Below, piece by piece: positions 17,740 to 27,300 of a stretch of 64,000 bases of DNA. Under the pieces are notes generated by a model, which worked only from the letters and a program-made list of their open reading frames with translations, had not been told where the DNA came from and did no database searches. The number at the start of each line of letters is the position of its first letter. Position 1 is the stretch's first letter. A program made the translations under genes and the position numbers. Source of the DNA: Longimicrobiales bacterium (lineage in GTDB: Bacteria > Gemmatimonadota > Gemmatimonadetes > Longimicrobiales > Gaopeijiaceae); contig CAXXKM010000003.1 in NCBI GenBank assembly GCA_963664435.2, forward strand, positions 1,248,001 to 1,312,000, read 5' to 3'.

Positions 17740-18888
17740 ATGAAGATCGAGCGCACGGGTTGGACCCTTCTGGTGGCGGTCGGGGTGGCCCTGCTGCCCG
17801 CCTGCGCGGCCGAGGATTCGGGTAGCGGGATGGCAGCCGGATCGGCAGCGTCGGGGCCGGTGGTCAAGGGGGGCGATGATCGCACGGGCGAGTACGACGC
17901 CGTCCCGGGCTGGTGGAAGCCGGCCCCGGACCACGTGGAGCCCTGGGGCTGGGGCCAGGTATCCGGGGTGGCGGTGGACAACCCGGACCGCGTCATCGTC
18001 GGGATCTGGGGAGACCGGGACGCCCAGGGGAACGAGCGGGAAGGCAGCACCAACTACGTGGTCGCAGTCGACCGGGACGGCAACATCACCGAGAACTGGT
18101 CCCAGTGGGACTCGATCTTCAACAAGCCCCACCAGCTCTACATCAGCCCCTACGACCCCGAGCGCCACGTGTGGATCGTGGAGCGGGGCGGGGGCAAGAA
18201 CGTCAACATGCAGGTATTCAAGTTCACCAACGACGGCAGCGAGCTGGTGATGCGGCTGGTCGATCCGGATCATCCGACCACCCGCGCGGAGGCGCGCGCC
18301 AACCCGCACCCGGACCCGTTCGAGTACGGTGACCCGTCGGTGATGGCCTTCCTCCCCAACGGCGATTTCCTGCTCGGCGACGGCTACTGGCACTCGCGCA
18401 TCATCAAGTACAACGCCGAGGGCGAGTACCTGATGGAATGGGGCGAGCTGGGGAGCGGGCCGGGGCAGTTCGACCTGATTCACGGGCTCGCGGTGGACCG
18501 CAACCGCCGCGTCTACGTGGGCGACCGCACGAACAACCGCATCCAGATCTTCACCGAGGACGGCGAGTACATCGACGAGTGGCCCGACATCACCGACCCG
18601 GTGGGCGTGTTCGCGGACGAGAACGATGCCATCTGGGTCATCTCGGCCGCACTCAACCGGATCCTCAAGTACAACGTGGACGGCGAACTCCAGTACTACC
18701 TCGGCGCGTACGGGGGCACGCGGGGAGGGTTCTCGGGCGGCCTGTCGCGTCCGCACCAGATGGACGTGGATCAGGAGGGCAACCTCTACATCGCCAGCTG
18801 GGACGGTGGATGGATGGACAAGTACATCCCCAGGCCGGACGCTGACCCGAGCAAGCTGGTGGGGAGGAAGCTGGTTCTGGACGAATAA
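17740..18888 (+). CDS. NHL-repeat lipoprotein (peptidyl-alpha-hydroxyglycine lyase-like beta-propeller)
   Basis: LLPAC lipobox; GDGYWHSRIIKY and WGELGSGPGQFDLIHGLAVD...VYVGDRTNNRIQIF. Confidence 0.85.
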   Translation: MKIERTGWTLLVAVGVALLPACAAEDSGSGMAAGSAASGPVVKGGDDRTGEYDAVPGWWKPAPDHVEPWGWGQVSGVAVDNPDRVIVGIWGDRDAQGNEREGSTNYVVAVDRDGNITENWSQWDSIFNKPHQLYISPYDPERHVWIVERGGGKNVNMQVFKFTNDGSELVMRLVDPDHPTTRAEARANPHPDPFEYGDPSVMAFLPNGDFLLGDGYWHSRIIKYNAEGEYLMEWGELGSGPGQFDLIHGLAVDRNRRVYVGDRTNNRIQIFTEDGEYIDEWPDITDPVGVFADENDAIWVISAALNRILKYNVDGELQYYLGAYGGTRGGFSGGLSRPHQMDVDQEGNLYIASWDGGWMDKYIPRPDADPSKLVGRKLVLDE

Positions 18889-18911
18889 GGGGCGCTTGAC
18901 GGGCAACCCTT

Positions 18912-18947
18912 GGTCATGGATGTTGTATTTAACCAACATACATGACC
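18912..18947. promoter_or_regulatory. Inverted-repeat operator upstream of the hipBA-like operon
   Basis: GGTCATGGATGTTG-N8-CAACATACATGACC (13/14 match) in an AT-rich stretch, with TAAAAT just before the ATG at 18969. Confidence 0.6.
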
Positions 18948-18968
18948 TTTGAGCAGGGTAAAATATAC

Positions 18969-19310
18969 ATGCCTGTCGGACGCAGGACTGCATCGTCCCC
19001 GCCAGCCGCAGTCGACGGGGCCCTGAGACGGCTGGGGCGCAACATCCGCATCGCTCGCTTGCGCCGGCAGCTGCGCATCCAGGACCTGGCCGAGCGCATG
19101 GGGGTTTCGCGGTTCACGGTCGCCGACCTGGAGAAGGGCAAACCGGGCACGTCGGCAAGCGCCTACTTCGGTGCGCTCTGGGCCCTCGGCCTGCTCGGCG
19201 ACGCGGAGGCCCTCGCCGATCCGGATCACGACGAGGAAGGCCGAGTCCTGGAGAGTGCCCGCGCCCCCCGGCGCGCCGCCCGTCCCGGACGCCTCGACAA
19301 TGACTTCTGA
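18969..19310 (+). CDS. XRE-family HTH antitoxin (HipB-like)
   Basis: LGRNIRIARLRRQLRIQDLAERMGVSRFTVADLEKG; overlaps the HipA start. Confidence 0.85.
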   Translation: MPVGRRTASSPPAAVDGALRRLGRNIRIARLRRQLRIQDLAERMGVSRFTVADLEKGKPGTSASAYFGALWALGLLGDAEALADPDHDEEGRVLESARAPRRAARPGRLDNDF

Positions 19311-20562
19311 GCGCGCGTGCTACGTCTTCGTCGTTCTGCCGGGGAAGACGGCGTTCACCGTTGCAGGCAGGTTCCGCGTCTCGGAAACCCGCTCGGGATC
19401 TCTGCTGGGCGAATTCGTCTATGGCCGGAGCTATCTCGGTCGCCCTGATGCCGTCGAACTCGATCCCGTGGAGCTGCGGCTCGCCGAGCGCGTGTACCGG
19501 ACGGGGCGCATGGGAGGTTTCTTCGGCGTCATTCGGGACTCCATGCCGGACCACTGGGGACGCCTGCTCATCGAGAGGCGCACCGGCAGGACGATCCTGG
19601 AGGAATTCGACTACTTGATGGCGGGGCCGGACGACCGCGCGGGCGCGCTCGGGTTCGGCAGGCAGCTGGAGCCTCCCAGGCCCCGGCGGCGCTTCAACGC
19701 GGTGGTCGACCTGTCGCGGCTTCAGGCCGCCGCACACGCCCTCCTGGCCGACAAGTTCGAAGTGACCGGGGCCGTGGCCGACCGCGCCCGCGAGCTTCTT
19801 CTCGCAGGCACATCGATGGGCGGAGCGCGCCCCAAGGCCGTGGTCGAATCCGAGGGCGCGCTGTGGATGGCCAAGTTCGGCCAGGAAACGGAGCGCTGGA
19901 ACCTGCCCCGGGTCGAGCATGGCCTGCTCCGGCTCGCGCGGCGATGCGGGCTGGACGCGGTCGAGAGCCGGGTCGAACGTGTCGGCAATCGCGACGCGCT
20001 GCTCCTGCGCCGCTTCGACCGGAAGTGGGCCGGCGACGGCTATCTGCGCCATCGCATGGCGAGCGCCCTCACCCTGCTGCGTGCCGACGACTCGCCGACC
20101 GGCCGCGGGCGTTGGTCCTACCTCGCGCTCGCGGACGAAGTGAGGCGGGCCAGCGCGGCGCCCCGGGAGGACCTGCGCGAGCTGTTTGGCCGGATGTGCT
20201 TCAACGCCGCGGTCTCCAACCTGGACGATCACCCGCGCAACCACGCGATGCTGGCCCGGGACCGCAGCTGGCGCCTGAGCCCGGCCTACGATCTGGAGCC
20301 GATGCCGGTGGTGGCGGTCGAGCGGCGTGATCTGGCCATGGTCTGCGGGCCGCTGGGCCGCTGGGCCAACAGGTCCAACCTGCTCGGAGCTGCCGGGCGA
20401 TTTCTGCTGGGGCGCGATGAGGCCCGGGACATCTTCAATCGAGTCACGGAGACGATTCGGGGATCCTGGCGCGAAACCATGCGTCGGGCCGGGGTGAGCG
20501 AACGAGACCGCGAACGCATTCGGGACGCGTTTCTCTACGACGGCCTGTTTCTGGATGCGTGA
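19300..20562 (+). CDS. hipA: HipA-family kinase toxin
   Basis: DSMPDHWGR, DRAGAL, GTSMGGARPK, LLRRFDR, SNLDDHPRNH and LSPAYDL. Confidence 0.92.
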   Translation: MTSERACYVFVVLPGKTAFTVAGRFRVSETRSGSLLGEFVYGRSYLGRPDAVELDPVELRLAERVYRTGRMGGFFGVIRDSMPDHWGRLLIERRTGRTILEEFDYLMAGPDDRAGALGFGRQLEPPRPRRRFNAVVDLSRLQAAAHALLADKFEVTGAVADRARELLLAGTSMGGARPKAVVESEGALWMAKFGQETERWNLPRVEHGLLRLARRCGLDAVESRVERVGNRDALLLRRFDRKWAGDGYLRHRMASALTLLRADDSPTGRGRWSYLALADEVRRASAAPREDLRELFGRMCFNAAVSNLDDHPRNHAMLARDRSWRLSPAYDLEPMPVVAVERRDLAMVCGPLGRWANRSNLLGAAGRFLLGRDEARDIFNRVTETIRGSWRETMRRAGVSERDRERIRDAFLYDGLFLDA

Positions 20563-20667
20563 AGAGAGCGGGAATGCCGCGGGCGGCCGATACCCGGATT
20601 TGTTCGCGCTGAAGTGGATACCTATCATGTCCTCCCCGGGTTCGACCCATTTGCCGGAGTGCATGCC

Positions 20668-21729
20668 ATGACCCGCCGAGCATCAGTCGCAGTGCCCAGT
20701 TTCGTTGCCGTGTTGGTCGTCGGGCTCACCCTCGCGCCCGCGCAACAGCTCGACGCCCAGACTTCAGGCCCGGTCGCCCCTCCAGGCGTGGTGCTGGACG
20801 AGAACGGAGAGGAGATCGTCGCCACCTTCTCGATCGTCGCGCGCGATCCCGCCACGGATGAGCTGGGGATCGCGGTGCAGTCGCGGGCGTTCCGGGCGGG
20901 CGCGATCGTCTCGTACGCCAAGGCGGGGGTGGGGGCCATCGCCACCCAGGCGGCGGCCAACCAGACCTACGGGCCGCGCGGGCTGGAGCTCCTGGAGCTG
21001 GGGCTGTCGCCGGACGAGGTCGTGGAACACCTGACCGGGGCGGATCCGGGGCGCGACCGCCGGCAGTTGGCCGTGATCGACGCCGAGGGACGGGTGCGGG
21101 CGTACACGGGATCGAGCACCAGCGCCTGGGCCGGGCACATCGAGGGCGAGGACTTCTCGGCGCAGGGCAACATCCTCGCCGGGGAGGCAGTGGTGCAGGC
21201 CATGGCGGAGGCGTTCGAATCGTCGAGCGGCCCGCTCGCACTCCGCCTGATGGACGCCCTCGATGCCGGTGAGGCCGCCGGGGGTGACGCGCGCGGCAAG
21301 CAGGCCGGCGGGGTGCTGGTGGTGAAGCCCATCGGCGACTCGGGACGGACCACCGACCGCTGGGTGGACGTGCGCGTCGACGACCACGCCGAGCCGTTCA
21401 AGGAGCTGCGTCGCCTGGTGAACATGTCGGTATCGCGCATCCACTCGCGGGAGGCGCGCGAGCTGGCCACGGCAGGCCGGTTCGACGAAGCCATCGCGGC
21501 GCAGCAGGACGCGATCGCGATCGTCCCCGGGGAGGATCAGCTCATTTACGGGCTGGCGCGGCTCTACGCCCGTGCCGGCAACGCTGCCAACGCAGTCGCG
21601 ACGCTCGAGGAAGCCATCGGCATCGACGCGCGCTGGCGCGGGCTGGCCGCGTCCCAGGCCGACTTCGACAACATCCGCGACAACGCGGAGTTCCAGAGAC
21701 TCATCGGGGGCGACTCCGGAGGACAATGA
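20668..21729 (+). CDS. DUF1028 (Ntn-hydrolase-like) protein with a C-terminal TPR
   Basis: TFSIVARDP, GAIATQA, AQGNILAG, GGDARGKQ and DVRVDDHAEP; helical TPR-like tail. Confidence 0.85.
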   Translation: MTRRASVAVPSFVAVLVVGLTLAPAQQLDAQTSGPVAPPGVVLDENGEEIVATFSIVARDPATDELGIAVQSRAFRAGAIVSYAKAGVGAIATQAAANQTYGPRGLELLELGLSPDEVVEHLTGADPGRDRRQLAVIDAEGRVRAYTGSSTSAWAGHIEGEDFSAQGNILAGEAVVQAMAEAFESSSGPLALRLMDALDAGEAAGGDARGKQAGGVLVVKPIGDSGRTTDRWVDVRVDDHAEPFKELRRLVNMSVSRIHSREARELATAGRFDEAIAAQQDAIAIVPGEDQLIYGLARLYARAGNAANAVATLEEAIGIDARWRGLAASQADFDNIRDNAEFQRLIGGDSGGQ

Positions 21730-21863
21730 CCATGAGATTCCAGAGGACAATGACCATGAGCGTTCGCGCATTCTCCCATTTCCGTGCATCCGCCGTGCTC
21801 CGCGCACCCTCCGTGCTCCGTACACCCTGCGCGCTCCGTGCATCCTCCGTGCTCCGCGCCTCC
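21719..21863 (+). repeat. Duplicated RBS+start (GAGGACAATGACCATGAG at 21719 and 21743) followed by about 4.5 x 18-bp repeats
   Basis: Direct reading; the repeats encode FRASAV/LRAPSV/LRTPCA/LRASSV/LRAS. Confidence 0.85.
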
Positions 21864-22322
21864 TTCACTTTCATCGTCCTCGCCATGCTCCCTGCCTGTG
21901 CGGGCGACGTGACGCTGGACGTAAGCGCCGACGGAGCCCTGCGGGAGCGGAGCTACGTGAACGCGCGCTCGGCGTCCGATCCCGACGTGCCGCCCTTCAG
22001 CGCCGGCGTGATGGTGGGCAACACCTTCCACGTATCGGGGACGCTGGGGCTGGGACCGAACCAGACGGTGCCCGAGACCGCCCAGGAAGAGGCCCGCAAC
22101 GTCCTCACCAACGTGCAGAACACGCTCGAAGCCGCCGGGCTCACCATGGACGACCTGGTGTCGGTGCAGGTGTACGCCTCGGATGTCGCCGACTACGACG
22201 CGTTCAACGAAGTGTACCGCACGTTCTTCACCCAGGAATATCCGGCGCGCGCGTTCCTGGGCTCGGGCCCGCTGCTCTTCGGGGCACGCTTCGAGGTGCT
22301 GGGGTTCGCGGTCGCGCGGTAG
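21726..22322 (+). CDS. RidA/YjgF family protein with an N-terminal extension (start uncertain)
   Basis: PFSAGVMVGNTFHVSG...NVQNTLEAAG...FNEVYRTFF...PARAFLG...ARFEV. Confidence 0.85.
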   Translation: MTMRFQRTMTMSVRAFSHFRASAVLRAPSVLRTPCALRASSVLRASFTFIVLAMLPACAGDVTLDVSADGALRERSYVNARSASDPDVPPFSAGVMVGNTFHVSGTLGLGPNQTVPETAQEEARNVLTNVQNTLEAAGLTMDDLVSVQVYASDVADYDAFNEVYRTFFTQEYPARAFLGSGPLLFGARFEVLGFAVAR

Positions 22323-22450
22323 CCGCGAGACAGTCCCGATAGGTCCGAAGCAGTCCCGGTCCGCCCACCGCGCGTCCGCCACACGATAGCCGACGACGCT
22401 GGACCGGGACCGGGGTGGCCGGATCCGCCGCCGATCACCGGGGGCCGCCC

Positions 22451-23464
22451 TCAGAACGTGCTCACCAACTCCCGCATTCGGCCCTTGGTCGCCTCGTCCG
22501 GCAGTCGCCCCAGCGCCGAGTGCATGTTCTCTACGAGATGCACCGGGTTCGACGTCTCGGTGAGCGCGCAGGTCACCGCCGGGTGCGACAGCACGTACTT
22601 GAGCGAGAACTGCGCCCAGCTCTCGCAGTCGAAGTCCGCCGCCCACTCCGGCAGCGTGTGGGGCGCGACCCGCCCGAAGTAGCTCCCGTTCATGAAGGGC
22701 CGGTTGGTGAGCACGGCCATCCCAAGATCCTGCGCCAGCGGCAGGATTCTCTCCTCTGCCAGCGGCTCCATCACTGAGTAGTTCACGTGCACGAAGTCAA
22801 ACGACTCGCTGCGCATGAAGGCCTCCAGCCGGTCGAAGTTGCGGTACGCGGAGACGGTCACGCCGATGTAGCGGGCCTCGCCGCTGTCCTTCCAGGCGCG
22901 CACGTTCGGCCAGTGCACGTCGAGGTCGCGAAGGCTCTCGACCTGCAGCAGATCGAGCGTGGGGCGTCCGAAGAGCCGCTGCGACTGGCGCATCTGGGCG
23001 ATGCCGGCCTCCTCGCCTTCGGTGTTGACCTTGGCGGCGAGGAAGAGGCTGTCCCGGAACCGGGGTTGCGTGAGGACCTGGCCGAACTCGCGGTCGATCT
23101 CCTCGGTGCGGGGCGAGGTGTCGACCACCCGGCCACCCTGTTCGAGGAGAGTGGCGAGGACCGCTTCCAGCGGCTCCGTGCCCTCGGTGGGGATCTCGAG
23201 AACCGGCTTCGAGGAGCCGAAGCCGACGATGGGCAGGCGCTCGCCGGTGCCCGGGATTTCGCGCGCGGGTAAGGCTTCCTGGATGGAGTGGGTGTTCGCG
23301 GGGGTCGAGGGCGCGCCGGGCGCGGGGTGTGTCCGGTGGGCCGCGGCCGCCTTGCCGGTGAGCTCCCCTCCCCCGTCAACCAGGCTACGCGGCAGGGTTA
23401 GCGCAGCACCCAGGCCGGCGACGCGGGTCAGGAATTCTCGGCGGTTGGTGTCGTTGGATTTCAT
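22451..23464 (-). CDS. Aldo/keto reductase with a Tat-like signal
   Basis: NRREFL; REIPGTGERLPIVGFG, VVDTSP, LDLLQV, GEARYIGV and WAQFSLKYVLSHPAV. Confidence 0.88.
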   Translation of the reverse strand: MKSNDTNRREFLTRVAGLGAALTLPRSLVDGGGELTGKAAAAHRTHPAPGAPSTPANTHSIQEALPAREIPGTGERLPIVGFGSSKPVLEIPTEGTEPLEAVLATLLEQGGRVVDTSPRTEEIDREFGQVLTQPRFRDSLFLAAKVNTEGEEAGIAQMRQSQRLFGRPTLDLLQVESLRDLDVHWPNVRAWKDSGEARYIGVTVSAYRNFDRLEAFMRSESFDFVHVNYSVMEPLAEERILPLAQDLGMAVLTNRPFMNGSYFGRVAPHTLPEWAADFDCESWAQFSLKYVLSHPAVTCALTETSNPVHLVENMHSALGRLPDEATKGRMRELVSTF

Positions 23465-23645
23465 CTCGCTTCCTCTCTCGGGTCCACCAGGTTCGGTTGC
23501 TGAGGGCAGGTCCACTGGAAGAATGCGCTCAAACATCACCGGCCGCCACCGGCCGACCCTCTCCGCGTCACCTCGTCCAGGGCTTCCCGCGCGGCGGCCT
23601 CGATGGCCCAGGGGAATTACGGCTAGCGCGGAAGGAGGCGGCCCA

Positions 23646-25286
23646 TCACAAGACGGCCGACAGCCGCAGATGGCCGCCGCCGAACGGCTCCCGCACGAAG
23701 TGGTCCAGGTCCCAGCGGAGCCCGGCCGTCACCTCGAAGCCCGACCGGAACCGGTGGCCCGCTTCCGTGATCAGTCGCTGATTCTGCGAGGTGAGCCAAG
23801 GCGCCAGGGAGCCCGCATCGCGGTCCAGAAGGGCGTAGGCCAGGCGGCCCGTCCATCCCGCCTCCGGGTACCGGACGAGGGCCGCCCGGGCGAAAACCTC
23901 ACGATCACGGTGCTCGCCGAGAGCGCCCCCTCCCGGCGAGCGCCATTCGGGTCGCTGCACCCGCGCCAACTCCGTCTCGAGCGCCCACGGCGGGTTCAGG
24001 CGGGTCCGTGCGCGGGCGCCCACGGTCACCGTCTGCTCGCGCAGAGTGAAGCCGAGCCCGCTCGCGGGCGCCCGCCGCTCGGTGTCCGCCCTCGCCCAGG
24101 TGCCGTACGCCGCTAACGTCACGCGCTCAAGCGGTGTGACCTGGAGGAGTGCTCCCAGGAACGCGACCTGTTCGAGCTGGGTGAACGGAGCCCGACCGGT
24201 TGCCGGAAAGGTCACCTGGACCTCGCTTCTTCGGCTCGATCCCGCGTGCAGCTCCGCTCGCCAGCGTGACGCCGCGGCCCTCAGGGTCGTGCGAGCGGCG
24301 AGGGGAGCCCCCGCATAGTCGTAGTGGGCGTCAACCTCGTCCGCCCTCACTCCCAGCCCCTGGAAGATCGCTTCGTTGAAGGCGTCGAGAGCTGCGAGGC
24401 GCACCTCCAGCGTCCAGTTCCGCTCTTCCCTGCCCCTCCAGGAGCGTGCCAGCGCGACCTCCACGTCTGCGGACGGCTTGAAGAAGTGGACGCCGAGCCC
24501 CACCTGCACGGTCCATGGCGTCCCGAGCACGTCGCGCCAGCGCATGCCGACCCTCGGGTAGTCGCGACGTGCCGTGAGCGATCGCTCTCGGCGGTAGCGT
24601 GCCATCAGGTCCACGGGGCCGGAGACGTGGATCTCCTGGCGCCAGTCCACGACGTTGAGGATGTGCGGATGGCTGATCGAGGCCCCAGCAATCCGAATGC
24701 CGCTGGGCAGCTCGGCCCAGCGTGCGTCTTCACTGGGATCGAAGAGGGTCGAGCGGACATCCAGCTCGTACTCGTGGTCCATTTTAGGGTTGAGCCGCTG
24801 GAAGGTGCCCTCCTCTGCCAGACGGCCGTAGTAGGCACCGTCACGGTCGAGCAAGGACAGCCACACCTGATCCGCCCACACCGCGAGAGTCGCGAGAGCC
24901 GCCGAGTCGGTCTCGCCCGTAGGGAAAGTCGCGGATCGCTCTGCGCCCGACTTGACGCGGAGCGACGGCACGGCGAGGAGGGAAACTCCGGCCAGTACGG
25001 CGGCCAGACCCACCGCCTCCCAACCACCCAATCCCGGAGGAGGGCCTGCGTCCCTGGCGTCGCCGCGGGGGCCCGTGCCGACTCCTCCAAGCTTCCGGAC
25101 GAATCCTCCCTCCGGGTTCACGACGACGATCCGCGCGCCCTGGGTGCCCACCACCTCCTCAAAGTCCGCGTCGAGGAGGCGGTCCTCCGCGGGCAGTTCG
25201 ACGACTTGCTGCGCGGCAAGCGGGGACGCGATCAGGGAAAAAGCCACCGTGAGAATCGTGCCTACGATGGCCGTCCGGCATCTCAT
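23646..25286 (-). CDS. Hypothetical exported/outer-membrane protein with an apparently chimeric N-terminus
   Basis: 546-aa ORF; signal peptide plus a short propeller-family-like segment, followed by a beta-strand-rich region. Confidence 0.55.
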   Translation of the reverse strand: MRCRTAIVGTILTVAFSLIASPLAAQQVVELPAEDRLLDADFEEVVGTQGARIVVVNPEGGFVRKLGGVGTGPRGDARDAGPPPGLGGWEAVGLAAVLAGVSLLAVPSLRVKSGAERSATFPTGETDSAALATLAVWADQVWLSLLDRDGAYYGRLAEEGTFQRLNPKMDHEYELDVRSTLFDPSEDARWAELPSGIRIAGASISHPHILNVVDWRQEIHVSGPVDLMARYRRERSLTARRDYPRVGMRWRDVLGTPWTVQVGLGVHFFKPSADVEVALARSWRGREERNWTLEVRLAALDAFNEAIFQGLGVRADEVDAHYDYAGAPLAARTTLRAAASRWRAELHAGSSRRSEVQVTFPATGRAPFTQLEQVAFLGALLQVTPLERVTLAAYGTWARADTERRAPASGLGFTLREQTVTVGARARTRLNPPWALETELARVQRPEWRSPGGGALGEHRDREVFARAALVRYPEAGWTGRLAYALLDRDAGSLAPWLTSQNQRLITEAGHRFRSGFEVTAGLRWDLDHFVREPFGGGHLRLSAVL

Positions 25287-25829
25287 GACACCTCATCTCC
25301 TTACCGAGGGAAATATCTTCTTTGCGAAGTCATCGACCCGGTTCGAGCTTCTCTGCGGGCAATGGTGAAATCTAGTCTTTCGCGACAGACGCGGAAAATG
25401 CGAATCCCGCGCTCGACGGAACGATGTGGTCAACGGGGAGGACGGCCCAGCGGCCGCAACTTCCGGGAGACACAGCCATCGCGGCAAACCCGTAGCCCGC
25501 GGTTTTGCGCGCATCGGGGCGTGCGTTTTCAGGGGGATCGAAGGGGGCGACAGCCACCCTCGCAAGCCCGTTTGTACCCACGAACCTGCAGCTGCGCGTG
25601 TGGATCATGGAGGCGCGGTCGCGGCGCCGGATCGCGGACGAGATCACCGAGAAGGCGATGGTGGCGTTCGGCTGGGCCGGGGACAGCGGGCTAACGAAGC
25701 CGAGATCTCGGACCCTGCTGGATCGCGAACTCCAAGTTCGTCAATGGCAGAATGGGACTCCGCCATGTGAATTCGGGACGGCCTCCGCCGCGCGGAACGC
25801 GGGGACAGCTCCGAAGCCCCCAGCCCCCC

Positions 25830-27242
25830 TCACGGCTCGTCGGACGCGAGCCTCGTGCGCTCCTGCAGCAACCGCTGGTAGTCGTCGTCGCTCAGATACG
25901 TGATCCCCACCCAGGCGTGCGACATCTCGTCCACGCCGCGGGCGCCGAACAGCACCCACTGGTCCGGATCGGGATTGATGGGATTGTTGGCGGTATTGTC
26001 GAACTGTGAGTGGAAGAGGAGCACGGTGCCTCTGGGCAGCAGCGGCTGCACATCGTCTTCGTACATGTAGGCGATCTGCCAGTTGTGGTTGTACTGGTCC
26101 ACGCGGCTGAGCATCTCGCGGCGACCATCGGGATAGATGGCCTCCATGGACATCGCGGTGCCCCGCATGTGCATGTGGGGCCGGAAACTCTGAAGGAGCG
26201 CCGGCTGGTCGAGCACGTAGGCGTGCTCCAGGGTGAGATAGCCGTGCGGCGGGATGATCAGGTCGCGGGCGCGCGGGCCGGTCCTGAAGGTGCCGTCGAT
26301 GAGGTGCCGCTGCTCCCCCGAGGACGACAGTTCGGGCTCGTAGCCCGGCGGATAGAGCCAGACGCCGGCCTCGACCACGTCATCCGGCACCGGGGTGCCG
26401 ATCGGGAAATAGTGGAGCCCCCAGGAGATCCGCGCGGGTCCGGGAAGCAGGAGCTTGCCCACGCCGTCGGGCAGCTTGTCCCAGCGCTTGCCGACGCCCA
26501 TGCCGACCAGCTCCATGCGGTAGCCGTCCTGCACGAAGCGTACGTGCCCGTGGTGCACGACCTTGACGCCCAGCGGATATGAGGGCTTGAACTCCGCCGC
26601 CCGGATCCAGCGGCGCTCCGGGAGCCCCTCGAAGTCGACCGTGTGGTCCCACCACTGGTCCTGGCCGTTGGCGACGACCGTGAAGGGCTCCGAGCGCACC
26701 ACGAAGTCGGGCGGGCCCAGCTCACCCTCGAGCTCCCACTCGTACGCGGGCGGGAAGTCGATGGGCGCCGGCATGTCGGCAGGGTCGCCCTCGGGCGCGC
26801 CGGCGTCGGCCCATTGCACGATGGTGGCGATCTCGTCGTCGCTGAGGGAGATGTCGTTCTCGTACTCCTGGATGCCAACCGTCTTGTCGAGGTGCCAGGG
26901 CGGCATGATGCGCTGTTGCACCCGGTAGCGGATGAGCGGCGCGAAGGGCACCGTCTGCTCGTAGGTGAGGAGCGGCATGGGGCCGATGCCGTCCGGCCGG
27001 TGGCACTGCTGGCAGGAGCGCTGGATGATGGGCGCGACATCGCGTGCGAAGGTCGGCACGTCGTCGTGCACGGAGCCGGCGCCGTTCGGGTTGGCCGCAA
27101 CATCCTCCGCATTCTGGGCGGTGAGGGGCGTCCCCCATGCAAGCCCGAGGAACAGCGGGAGGGCCGCGAGGGCAGGATGCCTGCCCTGCCCGAGCGCCCG
27201 GGAAGCGAAATGGCCGGCGGTGCGCTTCCTGTCGTTCATCAT
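25830..27242 (-). CDS. Cytochrome c + copper type II monooxygenase-like (PHM/DBH-like) protein
   Basis: PTFARDVAPII, CQQCH heme motif, MPPW, VVHHGH, PHMHMRG and DEMSHAW. Confidence 0.8.
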   Translation of the reverse strand: MMNDRKRTAGHFASRALGQGRHPALAALPLFLGLAWGTPLTAQNAEDVAANPNGAGSVHDDVPTFARDVAPIIQRSCQQCHRPDGIGPMPLLTYEQTVPFAPLIRYRVQQRIMPPWHLDKTVGIQEYENDISLSDDEIATIVQWADAGAPEGDPADMPAPIDFPPAYEWELEGELGPPDFVVRSEPFTVVANGQDQWWDHTVDFEGLPERRWIRAAEFKPSYPLGVKVVHHGHVRFVQDGYRMELVGMGVGKRWDKLPDGVGKLLLPGPARISWGLHYFPIGTPVPDDVVEAGVWLYPPGYEPELSSSGEQRHLIDGTFRTGPRARDLIIPPHGYLTLEHAYVLDQPALLQSFRPHMHMRGTAMSMEAIYPDGRREMLSRVDQYNHNWQIAYMYEDDVQPLLPRGTVLLFHSQFDNTANNPINPDPDQWVLFGARGVDEMSHAWVGITYLSDDDYQRLLQERTRLASDEP

Positions 27243-27300
27243 GCTCTCTCCAACCGTTGGTGAGACTGCCCGGGCGCCGTGTCGGTCCAGAAGCCGCGGG

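Noticed and set aside
25505..25770. Gene remnant (LRVWIMEARSRRRIADEITEKAMVAF), vaguely like an MscS C-terminus
   Set aside because: Too short and degenerate to assign without a search.
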